Below, piece by piece: positions 1-11,389 of a DNA stretch of 64,000 nt. The stretch is taken from positions 130,386,001 through 130,450,000 of the forward strand of contig NC_043001.1 in the NCBI RefSeq assembly GCF_006345805.1, in the 5' to 3' direction. Under the pieces are notes generated by a model. That model had not been told where the DNA came from and searched no databases. It saw only the letters and a program-made list of their open reading frames with translations. The stretch is from Octopus sinensis. Its lineage: Eukaryota. The position numbers were made by a program, and so were the translations under genes. Each line of letters begins with the position of its first letter. The stretch's first letter is position 1.

Positions 1-114
1 TCATTTACTACCCAACACTTAACATTGATATATAAGCATACCCAACCAACACATCCCCCCACCTAACAAGATTTAGAAACTATTTTCAATCCTAATTTTG
101 CTGTTGGTATTATG

Positions 115-335
115 CTTAAAATTTCTTCTTCTTCTTCTTCTTCTTCTTCTTCTTCTTCTTCTTCTTCTTCTTCTTCTTCTTCTTCTTCTTCTTCTTCTTC
201 TTCTCTTCTTCTTTTTCTTTTCTTTCTTACTTCTTCTTCTTGTCTTCTTCTTCTTCTTCTCTTCTTCTTCTTTCTTCCTTCTTCTTCTTCTTTAATCATT
301 ATTGAAATTCATGTATATATATATATACACACATG

Positions 336-367
<32 letters not shown>

Positions 368-492
368 TACATATATATATATGTATATTTATTTATTTAT
401 ACATATGCATACACAAGTATATATAATATATATATATACTTCTCAGAGCTCTAAGTCTTACTTGCTTTATTACTATTATTATTGTTTTATTA

Positions 493-538
<46 letters not shown>

Positions 539-545
539 TTTTATC
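115..545. repeat. Compound microsatellite: (TTC)n, then (TA)n/(CA)n, then (ATT)n
   Basis: Direct inspection; explains the poly-S/L/E/Y/I ORFs at 63-763. Confidence 0.95.
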
Positions 546-914
546 ATCCTCTCTTTTATATAATAAAAGTTTACTTCACTGTTTATTCCCTGTTTTCATC
601 ATCCCTTCATTCTTTTTTTTTTCCCTTCAAACCTTCCTTCCTTCTTCCTTTCTTTCTTTCTTTTTTTATTCATTCCTCGTTTTCATTTCAATTTAAAAGA
701 ATTTCCTTTCATTTTCTTAGTTTTAACTACAGAAGTATTGTTTGCAATTTACTTTGGATTTAATTTTATATCTTCTTTTATTTCTTTTTCCCTCTTTTTT
801 TTCATGTATTTTACTTTTATCTTTTATATTATACGTGTGTGTGTATAAATTTAAAAGCAATATATATATATATATATAATTTATGTGTGTGTATATATAT
901 ATAAATTTAAAAGC

Positions 915-957
<43 letters not shown>

Positions 958-1650
958 TACATATATACATATATACACACACTCATATATATATATATAT
1001 ATATAAATTAAAAGGAACATATATATATATACATATATAAATATTCTATTTCAAATAATACTTTTTAAAATTCATTGTTTTACTGATTTTTATGTTTTAC
1101 TGGTTTTTCCTTTTTTTTTCTTACCTTATTTATTTTTGCTATTATTACCATTCTTTTCTTGAAAACCATCTTTTAGTGAAATATATAATCTTGAGAAGTT
1201 TTAAAAGCTTTATGACACATTGAGGTATCGAAAGAGATATCTAAGTTTAGAATGCGGTGGAGTCTATTGACAGATAAGTTACATGGTAGGAAATAACCGT
1301 TTTTACAGTCAGTTTCTCTAAGCCCTTTATTATTCCCATGAAACAGACAATTCCTCCGCCTCTAGGAAGCTTTTTAAGTCTTTTGAGGTATAAGCAAAGA
1401 CACAGAGAGGGAGCAAAGGAGAATGAGAGAGAGAGAGGAAATGGTGTGAGAGGGAGGGGAAGAAGGAGAGAGAGAGATGGTTAGGGATAGAGGGCAATTA
1501 TATATACCTTATTCAATTAAAACAAATGAATTAAAAGGAGTCAGACAGCTAGCTCTCCATTAGAATGTAACAAGTAATTTTTGTTTTAGCATTTCATTTA
1601 AAGCCACTCTGTTTCAAATCCCCTTATAAACATGTAGTGTGTATATGAGT

Positions 1651-1687
<37 letters not shown>

Positions 1688-1744
1688 TTAATATATATAT
1701 AATATATACAAGTAATGTAATGTATATATAATATATGTATATAT

Positions 1745-1788
<44 letters not shown>

Positions 1789-2097
1789 TATATATATATA
1801 ATGTAATGTATGTATGTGTATATATATAAATGTGCCACAAAATATATATATATGTACACATTACCACACCACATACAAACGTGAACTGATAAACCTTTGT
1901 GTGTGTGTTTATTGTCAACTGAAGTATTTGCATTACTGTGTGTACGCCGAATTATACCATATTTATTTGCACAAATAATACATTCCATGAGAATTAATGA
2001 AATTATTTCTACTTTACATATTGATGTACAACATCAAGCTAAGAAGGGCCACTCCATATGGATGCTCAATAAGCTAGAAATAACAGCTAAATCGCCC

Positions 2098-2300
2098 TTA
2101 ACCCTTTAGAATTCAAACCCGGCCGTATCTGGTTCAAATATTCTACCTGTTTCACGTTCAAACTAACTAGATCTGGCCTCTCACACTTACCCTATAATGT
2201 CTGTCTAGAAATAAACATTTTTTCAATTTCAAAACTCCAAGATAATGCATGATTAATTTGAAACAATAAATGACCATCTCATCTGACAAACTAATCAGAA
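2098..2300 (+). mobile_element. Non-autonomous piggyBac-type MITE, degenerate copy
   Basis: Begins TTAA|CCCTTTAGAATTC; body aligns with the copies at 3686-3910 and 33565-33970. Confidence 0.65.
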
Positions 2301-2319
2301 TGTTCATCATCATCATCAT

Positions 2320-2690
2320 CATCATCATCGTTTAACATCCGCTTTCCATGCTAGCATGGGTTGGAAGATTTGACTGAGGGCTGGCAAACCAGATGGCTGC
2401 ACCAGGCTTCAATCTTGATCTGGCAAAGTTTCTACAGCTGGATGCCCTTCCTAACGCCAATCAATCCGAGAGTGCAGTGGGTGCTTTTACAGGCCACTGG
2501 CATGGGGGCCAGTCAGGCGGTACTGGCAACGACCTCGCTCAAATCTTTTTACACATGCCACCGGCACAGGTGCCAGTAAGGCGATGCTGGTAACGATCAC
2601 GCTCGAATGGTGCCTCCTACATGCCACCGGCATGGAGGCCAGTTGGCCGCTCTGGCAATGATCATGCTCGGATGGTACTCTTAGCACCAC
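2320..2690 (-). mobile_element. RTE 3'-UTR-type repeat (family C) with internal ~60-bp tandem units and (GAT)n tail
   Basis: Minus strand carries GTAAAAGCACC...GGCGTTAGGAAGGGCATCCAGCTGTAG...GCTAGCATGGAAAGCGGATGTTAAACGATGATGAT; homologous to the 3' UTR of the RTE fragment at 20400-20590. Confidence 0.85.
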
Positions 2691-2875
2691 AATCCAATAT
2701 GCATGAAATCAATGGTCACATTGGATATTGTAGTCATAAATATGGAAAATGAAGGTAAAGATGCCACTGTTACAAATGGAATGAAGACTGACCTGGAGTT
2801 AACTATAACAGCAACAACAGTCACAATACTCTACACTTTACTATTGCAGTCATGTGTAACTTATACACCTAATAC

Positions 2876-3206
2876 CTAACAATCATAAGCAGAAAGTGTA
2901 ACCTCTCGAAAGAGCTGTTCTTCACTCCTGCTCCAGAGCATCGGCTGCGGGGTCATTCCAAAAAGCTCTATCTGCATCAATTTCATCTCAATCGAAGGAG
3001 AGGTTCTTTCTCCGTCCAGGTTGTGGATCTGTGGAATAAGGTGCCAGATGAGATGGTGAAGATGCCGACGACCGCTCGGTTCAAAGCCTCCCTTGACCTC
3101 AAGTGGCCTGAACTCTTTACATGAACACCACCCTGTACATAACTCCATGTCTTCCTTGCTTTTTGCTTTTTGAGCCAAAAAATTAACTAACTAACTAACT
3201 AACTAA
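2876..3206 (+). mobile_element. CR1-group LINE 3' end, 5'-truncated, with (AACT)n tail
   Basis: Plus-frame translation ...HRLRGHSKKLYLHQFHLNRRRGSFSVQVVDLWNKVPDEMVKMPTTARFKASLDLKWPELFT* matches the CR1 ORF2 C-terminal RGH..KL / FS.RVV..WN.LP / FK..LD pattern; short UTR, then (AACT)5. Confidence 0.85.
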
Positions 3207-3685
3207 ATCATATGAGCAGAAAAAAATCCCTTAGTGCTGCTCTAAATTACTGGACCTTACATAATTGGATGATCTTTCACATTGTTAAAACTTCATCCCA
3301 AATACTAGTTTTCTCTCTTCAGGGTCAGTAAATGGTTTTATTTCTGTTCCCCCTTTTTTTTTACTAAGCCTCTGTATGGGTCACATCACAGTTTAGCTCA
3401 CATATCTGACATGTCACTGCTGCTAACATATCTGTAAATGCCATTTGAGTTGTTCACAAAAACACAAAAATCTAGAGTACAATCTAGCTCACTGGTTCTC
3501 AACTGGGGTCAATATGGCCCTTAGGGGTCCATATGGATGTTGGGGGTCCATGTAAGATTTTGTTGTTAAAATTTATGTGCAATATATTGTTTAAACTTCT
3601 ACAATACACAAGAAATTTTAACAATGTTTTTTTATACGACATCCAGTAATATTTAATTATAGAAATATAATAGGATTTTAAAAAA

Positions 3686-3910
3686 CTCTTTGGCATTAAA
3701 ACCGACCATATGTGGTCTAAATATTCAACCTGTTCTATGTTCAAACCAGCCAGATGCAGCCTCTCATACTTACCCTACAATGTTTTTTCTAAAAATAAGC
3801 AATCACTTCATTAAAATCTCAAAGCTACAAGATAAAGCATGATTAATTCAAAAGAATGTGAATTAATCAGAATCACATTTGACAGAGTAATTTGAATGCT
3901 AAACAGTTAA
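3686..3910 (+). mobile_element. Non-autonomous piggyBac-type MITE
   Basis: Ends ...GAATGCTAAACAG|TTAA, complementary to the CCCTTTAG(C/A)ATTC start of the 2098 copy. Confidence 0.65.
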
Positions 3911-4131
3911 ACATCAAATAGTTCCAAAAATTTCCTGGCTTTAAGGGCATCACAAGAGGCCTGGTTTGTGGCCAATCCTTCTGAGTTCTTTTACAAGTCT
4001 TAGAAAAACTGAAGGACCACTGCAATCGGTATGTGAAACTGAGAAGGGGAATATGTTAAATAAAATCTTAATTAACTGATCCTCCTATATTTTCTTTTAC
4101 CCAGAAGCAGTAACTTTCCAGCACCTGCTTT

Positions 4132-4162
<31 letters not shown>

Positions 4163-4165
<3 letters not shown>

Positions 4166-4454
4166 ATACGATATAGTGTATATTTATACACATAAGGAAT
4201 CCACTTAACGTGAATTCAACACATTAGAAAGAACAGCTAGGTTCTGTAAACCACAAAAATAACGGATAAAATTCGACAGGAATAAATTTGGAAACAGGGT
4301 ACTAGATGGTAAATGTTTTTCATTTCCAAATTTATTCCTGTCGAATTTTATCCGTTATTTTTGTGGTTTACAGAACCTAGCTGTTCTTTCTAGCGTGTTG
4401 AATTCCCTACAAGTGGATTCCTTATGTGTTTAAATATACACTATATCGTATGAC
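4163..4454. repeat. Long near-perfect inverted repeat (~132-bp arms, 28-bp spacer)
   Basis: Left arm 4163-4294 (GTCATACGATATAGTG...AAATTTGGAAA) is the reverse complement of 4323-4454 apart from a few mismatches. Confidence 0.95.
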
Positions 4455-4570
4455 TATTATATAGTCTTCTTGACTAATTTTTTTTGCATGTTAGACCACT
4501 GGAAATTTAAATTTTGATTGAATATTTTAATTTTAATTAAATTCCATTTCCCTTTGATATGATTAGATAT

Positions 4571-4961
4571 GTGGAGGCGCAATGGCCCAGTGGTTTGGGC
4601 AGCGGACTCGCGGTCATAGGATCGCGTTTCGATTCCCAGACCGGGCGTTGTGAGTGTTTATTGAGCGAAAACACCTAAAAGCTCCACGAGGCTCCGGCAG
4701 GAGATGGTGGTGATCCCTGCTGTACTCTTTCACCACAACTTTCTCTCACTCTTACTTCCTGTTTCTGTTGTACCTGTATTTCAAAGGGCCGGCCTTGTCA
4801 CTCTCTGTGTCACGCTGAATATCCCCGAGAACTACGTTAAGGGTGCACGTGTCTGTGGAGTGCTCAGCCACTTACACGTTAATTTCACGAGCAGGCTGTT
4901 CCGTTGATTCGGATCAACCGGAACCCTCATCGTCGTAATCGACGGAGTGCTTCCATGTTCC
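4571..4961 (+). mobile_element. tRNA-derived SINE family D (~385 bp), young copy
   Basis: A-box-like TGGCCCAGTGG and B-box-like GTTTCGATTCC head; 12-bp TSD ATGATTAGATAT (4559-4570 / 4962-4973); near-identical to 10600-10985 and 56768-57155. Confidence 0.92.
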
Positions 4962-4967
4962 ATGATT

Positions 4968-5005
<38 letters not shown>

Positions 5006-5242
5006 AAAGACATTCACAAAAAATAGTAAAGATGGCATTAAAAATATATCTAAACAAAATTGTCATGCTGTGAGAAATAAAAAATGTTATGTATGATTTA
5101 AATGCTAAGGGGACTCTTGAGTCATTTTTCATTTAAGGTCTTTTGGATTCAAAAAGTTGTTACAATTGTTTATCCTTAATTTGAACTATGCTAATGTCAT
5201 TTTTGGCACATGGCATTTAACTTCAATTTTAATTATATATAT

Positions 5243-5288
<46 letters not shown>

Positions 5289-5787
5289 GTTCTCCTTATC
5301 ATATCTATTATATCTCAGAAACTACACATTAAACACTTTACTCAATCCTTTTCCCTTGGAAATTTGCAATTCTCTGGAACTCCCTCCCTGCTCACATTTT
5401 ACATTTCCAACCCACTTCTCAGACATCAACTTTCATAAATTCAGAAAATTCACTGCTGGCACCATGCATTTAACTTCAATTTCTAACTGCATGTCCTTCC
5501 CATTTTCTAGTCCATTATAATATATAGCCATTAAAGACATGTAATCATTAAGAGAACTTCATTCATTAAAGCAAAGTAAAGTCCCTACCCTAATTCTGTG
5601 ATAAGCTTACAATGGCCAGCAGATCCGATTTCTTGAGTAGTAATTGAGTCAGCTGAAAACAAACATTAATTTTTGTTTATACACACACACATATATAAAC
5701 ACATACACACATAAAGGAGAGGGATATAGATAGACACACACATACAAATATATATATATATATATATACATATATACACACACACAA

Positions 5788-5819
<32 letters not shown>

Positions 5820-6019
5820 TTAAGTAGTTGAATGAATTATCCTAGTATGGATAATTCGGTTAACCGATACCCGGGTAGCAAATTCACGTCAGAAAATACG
5901 GTTGAAGCTACATGCCAAGGGCAGAGATCACGTGCTTTCGTGTGGAAATTTGTGTGTTTTTTTTATCACTATAGACTCCGTGTGGGCAGTCATCTAAAAG
6001 TTTTTGTTCATCATGATGC

Positions 6020-6135
6020 TGACAAAAGTTCCTTGTCTTTCCTGATGAGAAGGCGGCATAACGCACCCCTTATTCCTTCGAAATTAGGAATATGCAGTCT
6101 TTGAAACATATGTCGAGAATAAAGGAATTTTGTTA
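6020..6135 (+). ncRNA. Type I hammerhead-ribozyme-like motif (family H1)
   Basis: CUGAUGA core 6042-6048; stem II 6049-6060 pairs with 6091-6102 (11 of 12 positions); GAAA 6103-6106; stem III AC/GU within palindrome ACAUAUGU; GUC triplet ending 6114; long stem I 6020-6041 with 6115-6135, with a 3x3 internal loop. Confidence 0.7.
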
Positions 6136-6199
6136 AAGCGTCGTTCGACTCCATTCTTGCATTTATATATATATATATATAAACAGACGTGTTCACACA

Positions 6200-6328
6200 C
6201 ATATGTAGTAGTTAGAGTGTCAAGCTCACAATCATGAGGCTGTGAGTTTGATTCCTGGATCGGGTTGTGTGTTGTGTTCTTGAACAAGACACTTTATTTC
6301 ATGTTGCGCCAGGTCACTCAGCTGTATT
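6200..6328 (+). mobile_element. SINE family E 5' fragment
   Basis: Aligns with the head of the 50457-50790 element (...GTTCTTGAACAAGACACTTTATTTCATGTTGC...CACTCAGCTGTA). Confidence 0.75.
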
Positions 6329-6379
6329 TCGGGCATTTAAAAACAATATACACTTTCGATAAAACAGTTGCTCACACAT

Positions 6380-6876
6380 AGCAAATTAAATAAAATTTGG
6401 GATTTTTGCGGAGGGTCAAAATTGGTAACACAAACAGGACAGTGAAAACAAACAGGAAGGGCTGCTAACCCTAAATGAGGTTGTGGTGGCAAACACATTA
6501 ATCAAGCAGGAATAGGAGACAAACAAGAACACATCTTCCTTGTTCCAGCTACAATGGAGAAAAAGAAACATAAGTTAGGAAAGAAAATTGGCTGATGGTC
6601 ACATGAGAGCCACGTGAGCAAGGGAGGAGGATTGAAGGAGAGACTCTGCCACTCTCTCATGGCTCTCACAGGACCATCAGCCATCTTTCTTCTTCTAACT
6701 TGTGTTTCTTTTTCTCCATTGTAGCTGGAACAAGGAAGACCTGTTCTCGTTTGTCTCCTGTCCACGCTTGATTTACATATTCACCACCAACAACCTCGTT
6801 TAGGGTTAGCAGCCCTTCCTGTTTGTGTTACCTATTTTGACCCTCCGCAAAAATCCCAAATTTTATTTAATTTGCT
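6380..6876. mobile_element. Fold-back MITE-like element with ~230-bp inverted arms
   Basis: AGCAAATTAAATAAAATTTGGGATTTTTGCGGAGGGTCAAAAT... is mirrored at 6876 and the arms align inward to about 6625/6660; no coding capacity. Confidence 0.85.
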
Positions 6877-6885
6877 TTTATATAT

Positions 6886-6936
<51 letters not shown>

Positions 6937-6954
6937 CATACATAAAAGCTGCAA

Positions 6955-7180
6955 CCGATCATGACCGATGCCAGATGCCCCCTGGCACCTGTGCAGGTGG
7001 CACGTAAAATGCACCTACTACACTCACGGAGTGGTTGGCGTTAGGAAGGGCATCCAGCCGTAGAAACTCTGCCAGATCAGACTGGAGCCTGGAGCAGCCT
7101 CTGGCTTCCCAGACCCCGGTCGAAAGGTCCAACCCGTGCTAGCGCGGAAAACAGATGTTAAACGATGATGATGATGATGA
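6955..7180 (+). mobile_element. Family C RTE 3'-end copy
   Basis: GGCACGTAAAATGCACC...GGCGTTAGGAAGGGCATCC...GTTAAACGATGATGATG. Confidence 0.85.
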
Positions 7181-7210
7181 TATACATACATATATATATA
7201 AATATATATA

Positions 7211-7269
<59 letters not shown>

Positions 7270-7599
7270 ACTACGATGGGAATCTTTCAGTTCCATCTAC
7301 CAAATCCACTCACAAGGCTTTGGTTAGCCTGAGAATATAGTAGAAGACACTTGCCCAAGTTGCCATGCAATAGAACTGAACCCAGAACCATGTGGTTTGT
7401 AAGGAAGCTCCTAACCACACAGCCACTCCTATACAAAAATGAGGAAGATCGATACCTATTAATGGTGAAAAAGAATGTAGAACTTTGACCAGCTTCATAT
7501 GTATCAAAGATCATTGTGGTCAACCTGCTAGAAATAACAACCAAGCATCTCTCAAATCACGCATCACTGTCTTTAAATTCCTAATGAGAATGCTGCTGC

Positions 7600-8034
7600 T
7601 GCTGCTGCTGATGATGATGATGATAATGGTGATAATGATGATTGCAATGTGGATGAAGATGATGATGACTGGCGTGGTGGTGGATGGGGGGAATAATACT
7701 GGAAATACTTATTACAACGTGGCTAACCATCAGGAAAATGATGACAATGATAAGGACAATGATCTTGATAACAACAGTAGTGTTGATGACAGCAATGATA
7801 ACGACAATGATAATGATGATGACGATGATGATGATGATGATGACGATGATGATGATGATGACGATGATGATGATGATGATGATGATGATGACGATGATGA
7901 TGATGATGACGATGATGATGACGATTGATGATGATGATGATGACGATGATGATAATGATGACGATGATGATGATGACGATGATGATGATGATGATAATGA
8001 TGATGACGATGATGATGATGATGATGATGATGAC

Positions 8035-8066
<32 letters not shown>

Positions 8067-8085
8067 CGACAATGATGATGATGAC

Positions 8086-8126
<41 letters not shown>

Positions 8127-8241
8127 CGATGATGACGATGATGATGGCAGTAGTCGTCATGATAGCTATGGTGATGATGGTGACAACGATGATGATGATG
8201 ATGGTAATGCTGATGCTGAAGGTGATAGTGGTAATGATAGC

Positions 8242-8287
<46 letters not shown>

Positions 8288-8347
8288 GTGGTGATGATCA
8301 TGATTATTTGATGGAAGACAGTAGGAAGGAAGGTAATGATAGTAATA

Positions 8348-8379
<32 letters not shown>

Positions 8380-8515
8380 AATGATGACAATGACAATGAT
8401 GATGATGACAGCGACAATGACAAAGGCGATGATAATGATTCTAAAATGGAAGACAATGGGACAGATGACATATGATGATGGTGATGGTAATGGTGGTGGT
8501 GGTGGTGGTAGTAGT
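7600..8515. repeat. (GAT)n microsatellite with GAC/AAT/GGT variants
   Basis: Direct inspection; source of the poly-D/M/S/I ORFs. Confidence 0.97.
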
Positions 8516-8559
8516 GAAAAGTTGCTAAATGCAACAGAAACAGAATCTTTTGTCATATT

Positions 8560-8598
<39 letters not shown>

Positions 8599-9445
8599 AG
8601 GCACACTCACATATATACACTGATGCAATGTCATGCTCGTCTACCTTTCAGTACAACATAAGTGACAGTTTCTCTCCCCACCGTGACAATGTCACATATC
8701 TCTATTCTCTTCAAGATGTCTACTTCTCTAAGGCAACTGCAGAAAATTGATAATTCTTGATAACCTTCTAATCTAGCAACAACTTTCACATGTCAAGAAA
8801 AACAAAAAACAAAGCAAAAAAAAAAAAAAAACTACAACACTACACCTACCCCTATCAAGGTACTCACCAACCCACTTTTATATCGGTACCCCACCTCCTG
8901 TATCACCTCTTCTTGTGGTTCCTTTTTCTTTCTATTATCTTTCTTCTTTTTTTTTGGGGGGGGGGGGTGTTTTGTTGTTGTTTCAGGCTCCATTTAATTG
9001 TTTTTATTTTTCATTTCTTTATTATTTCTGGAATTCATTTCTTCTCATCTCTTTTATTGTAATTTTCTTTTTTCTTACTAATTTTTCTTTGTTTCTTTAA
9101 GGCCCCACTAAATCTCTTCCCCTCTCTCTTTCTTCCTCTCTCTCTCTCTCCTTGTTTTTTCCATTCTCTCTCTTTCTCTCTCCCTCCTTTGCTCCCTTCA
9201 TGCTTGCCTTCCTTTTTTCCTTCCAGTATCCTCTTCTTTTTCATCCTCATCAAACCAATATCACAATCATCAATGTCATTATCACCTCTGTTCTCATTGA
9301 CATCCTCCTCCCCTCCTCATCCACATTATCATCAGCAGCGGCACCACCACCACCACCACCACCACCACCACCACCACCACCACACATCATCATCATCATC
9401 ATCAACATCACCATCATTTGCATTAACACTTATTAATATAATATT

Positions 9446-9870
9446 GCTGGCAGAAATGTTAGCACGCCAGGCGAAATGCTTAGTGGTATTTCGTCTGTCT
9501 TTACATTCTGAGTTCAAATTCTGCTGAGGTCGAATTTGCCTTTCATCCTTTTGGGGTCAATAATTTAAGTACCAGTTGCGTCCCGGGGTCAATCTAATTG
9601 ACTGGCACCCACCACAAAATTTTCAGGCCTTGTGCCTAGAGAAGAAACGAATATTGTTTTCAAATTTCAGCACAAATCCTGCATATTCAGTGTGGGTGGG
9701 CGGGTGTGGGTAAATAAATTATGTCAATCCCAGTGCTCAACTTGTACTTGACTCTGAAAAGGATGAAAGACAAACTTGGCCTCAGCAGAATTTGAACATA
9801 GAATGTAAAGATGGACAAATGTTGCTAAATGCTTTGCTTGACATGCTAGCAATTATGCCAGCTCACAGCT
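9446..9870. mobile_element. Two SINE family A copies in tail-to-tail inverted orientation (+ 9446-9655; - 9660-9870)
   Basis: GCTGGCAGAA..GTTAGCA head, GAGTTCAAATT B-box, GCCTTTCATCCTTTTGGGGTC central domain, and their reverse complement. Confidence 0.8.
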
Positions 9871-9888
9871 TAACTTATTTATATAATA

Positions 9889-10284
9889 CTAGCAGTATCA
9901 CCCGGCGTTGCTCGGGTTTGTAAGGGAAATAACTATATAAGCATTTTTAGAGATGTAAAGTATAATAGCCATCTCAATATGGCTAACCACAAAGGGGGGT
10001 GTTATTGTAGCTTTTTACGTTCTGAGATATAATAATACATTTTTAGAGAGTTACTTCCCTTATATAATAGCAAAAAAATGCATTAAAAAATGGGAAAAAA
10101 TTATGGTAAATTTTTTTTTAAATCGTAGACTCATCGTAGATGCGCGCTAATACCCAGAAGGGCTCGATATGAATCACGACTATAAGATACCCACTTTTGG
10201 TTACACTGCACCGCAAAATGTGGGAGTAGTTAGGAATCTAAATCGTAGGAGACAGACACACAACCTTACTTTTATATATAAAGA
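9889..10284 (-). mobile_element. Non-autonomous Helitron
   Basis: Minus strand starts A|TC and ends CTAG|T, with the CCCG-AGCAACGC-CGGG hairpin about 10 nt before the 3' end; second copy at 59878-60256. Confidence 0.88.
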
Positions 10285-10599
10285 TTATTGTTGTTGTTAT
10301 TAATACAGTGAGCTAATAAAACTGTTAACCCCATGACCACGGTTTATTTTTATCAAGCAACTACGTTGCATTGACTGTTATCATCTCGGCTGAGATCAGC
10401 AATAGCGCACGACAAGACGATGGTTTGGTGTATATGTACATCAACCGCTTTAACCAGTTTACAGTAGTAATTCATTCGGTTACCTGTGTGTGGCAATGGT
10501 AATCTTACCAACTGAGGTCAGCACTTAGTGCGTGATAATGTTCGGCAAATATTTACGTCAACCGTTTCAGTGCAGGAACTGCTTATTTACCTAAGCTAT

Positions 10600-10985
10600 T
10601 TTGGAAGCACTCCGTTGGTTACGACGACGAGGGTTCCGGTTGATCCGATCAACGGAACAGCCTGCTCGTGAAATTAACGTGTAAGTGGCTGAGCACTCCA
10701 CAGACACGTGTACCCTTAACGTAGTTCTCGGGGATATTCAGCGTGACACAGAGAGTGACAAGGCCGGCCGTTTGAAATACAGGTACAACAGAAACAGGAA
10801 GTAAGAGTGAGAGAAAGTTGTGGTGAAAGAGTACAGCAGGGATCACCACCATCCCTGCCGGAGCCTCGTGGAGCTTTAGGTGTTTTCACTCAATAAACAC
10901 TCACAACGCCCGGTCTGGGAATCGAAACCGCGATCCTACGACTGCGAGTCCGCTGCCCTAACCACTGAGCCATTGCGCCTCCACG
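10600..10985 (-). mobile_element. SINE family D nested in the piggyBac 3' region
   Basis: Reverse complement of 4571-4961; 11-bp TSD ACCTAAGCTAT (10589-10599 / 10986-10996). Confidence 0.92.
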
Positions 10986-11156
10986 ACCTAAGCTATACTT
11001 ATGTGCAGAATGCTCATGCGGTATTATTCCTGAATAAGATCACTCGACAGCACAAGTCAGATCAACTTCATGTATTTACAATCAGGTGAATTCAAAAACT
11101 GACTTTAGTGTAGAAGAGTTGAACACAGGGTACCACACACAGTGGTATATCACATT

Positions 11157-11389
11157 TAAGGCGGCAAGCTGGCAGAAACATTAGCACGCTGGGCGAAATG
11201 CTTAGCAGCATTTCGTCTGCGTTACGTTGTGAGTTCAAATTCCGCCGAGCTCGACTTTGCCTTTCATCCTTTCGGGGTCGATAAATTAAGTACCAGTTAC
11301 GCACTGGGGTCGATGTAATCGACTTAATACCTATGTCTGTCCTTGTTTGTCCCCTTTGTGTTTCGCCCCTTGTGGGTAATAAAGAAATA
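11157..11389 (+). mobile_element. SINE family A, full length, inserted in the piggyBac Cys-rich domain
   Basis: 13-bp TSD GGT(A/G)TATCACATT (11144-11156 / 11390-11402); removing the insert rejoins HCLQCD-PLCVVPC. Confidence 0.92.

Noticed and set aside
4571-4650. tRNA-like heads of SINE families A, B, D and E as tRNA genes
   Set aside because: No proper acceptor stem or Pol III terminator; they continue into SINE bodies
4704-4907. ORF MVVIPAVLFHHNF... found three times (also 10649-10852 and 56849-57100)
   Set aside because: Internal to SINE family D copies bounded by TSDs; no coding evidence
7485-8623. Long poly-D/M/S/I ORFs, and similar ORFs at 13133-13755, 25468-26112, 37824-38360, 41849-42542 and 46693-48215
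   Set aside because: Translations of triplet microsatellites that are open in several frames on both strands; not genes
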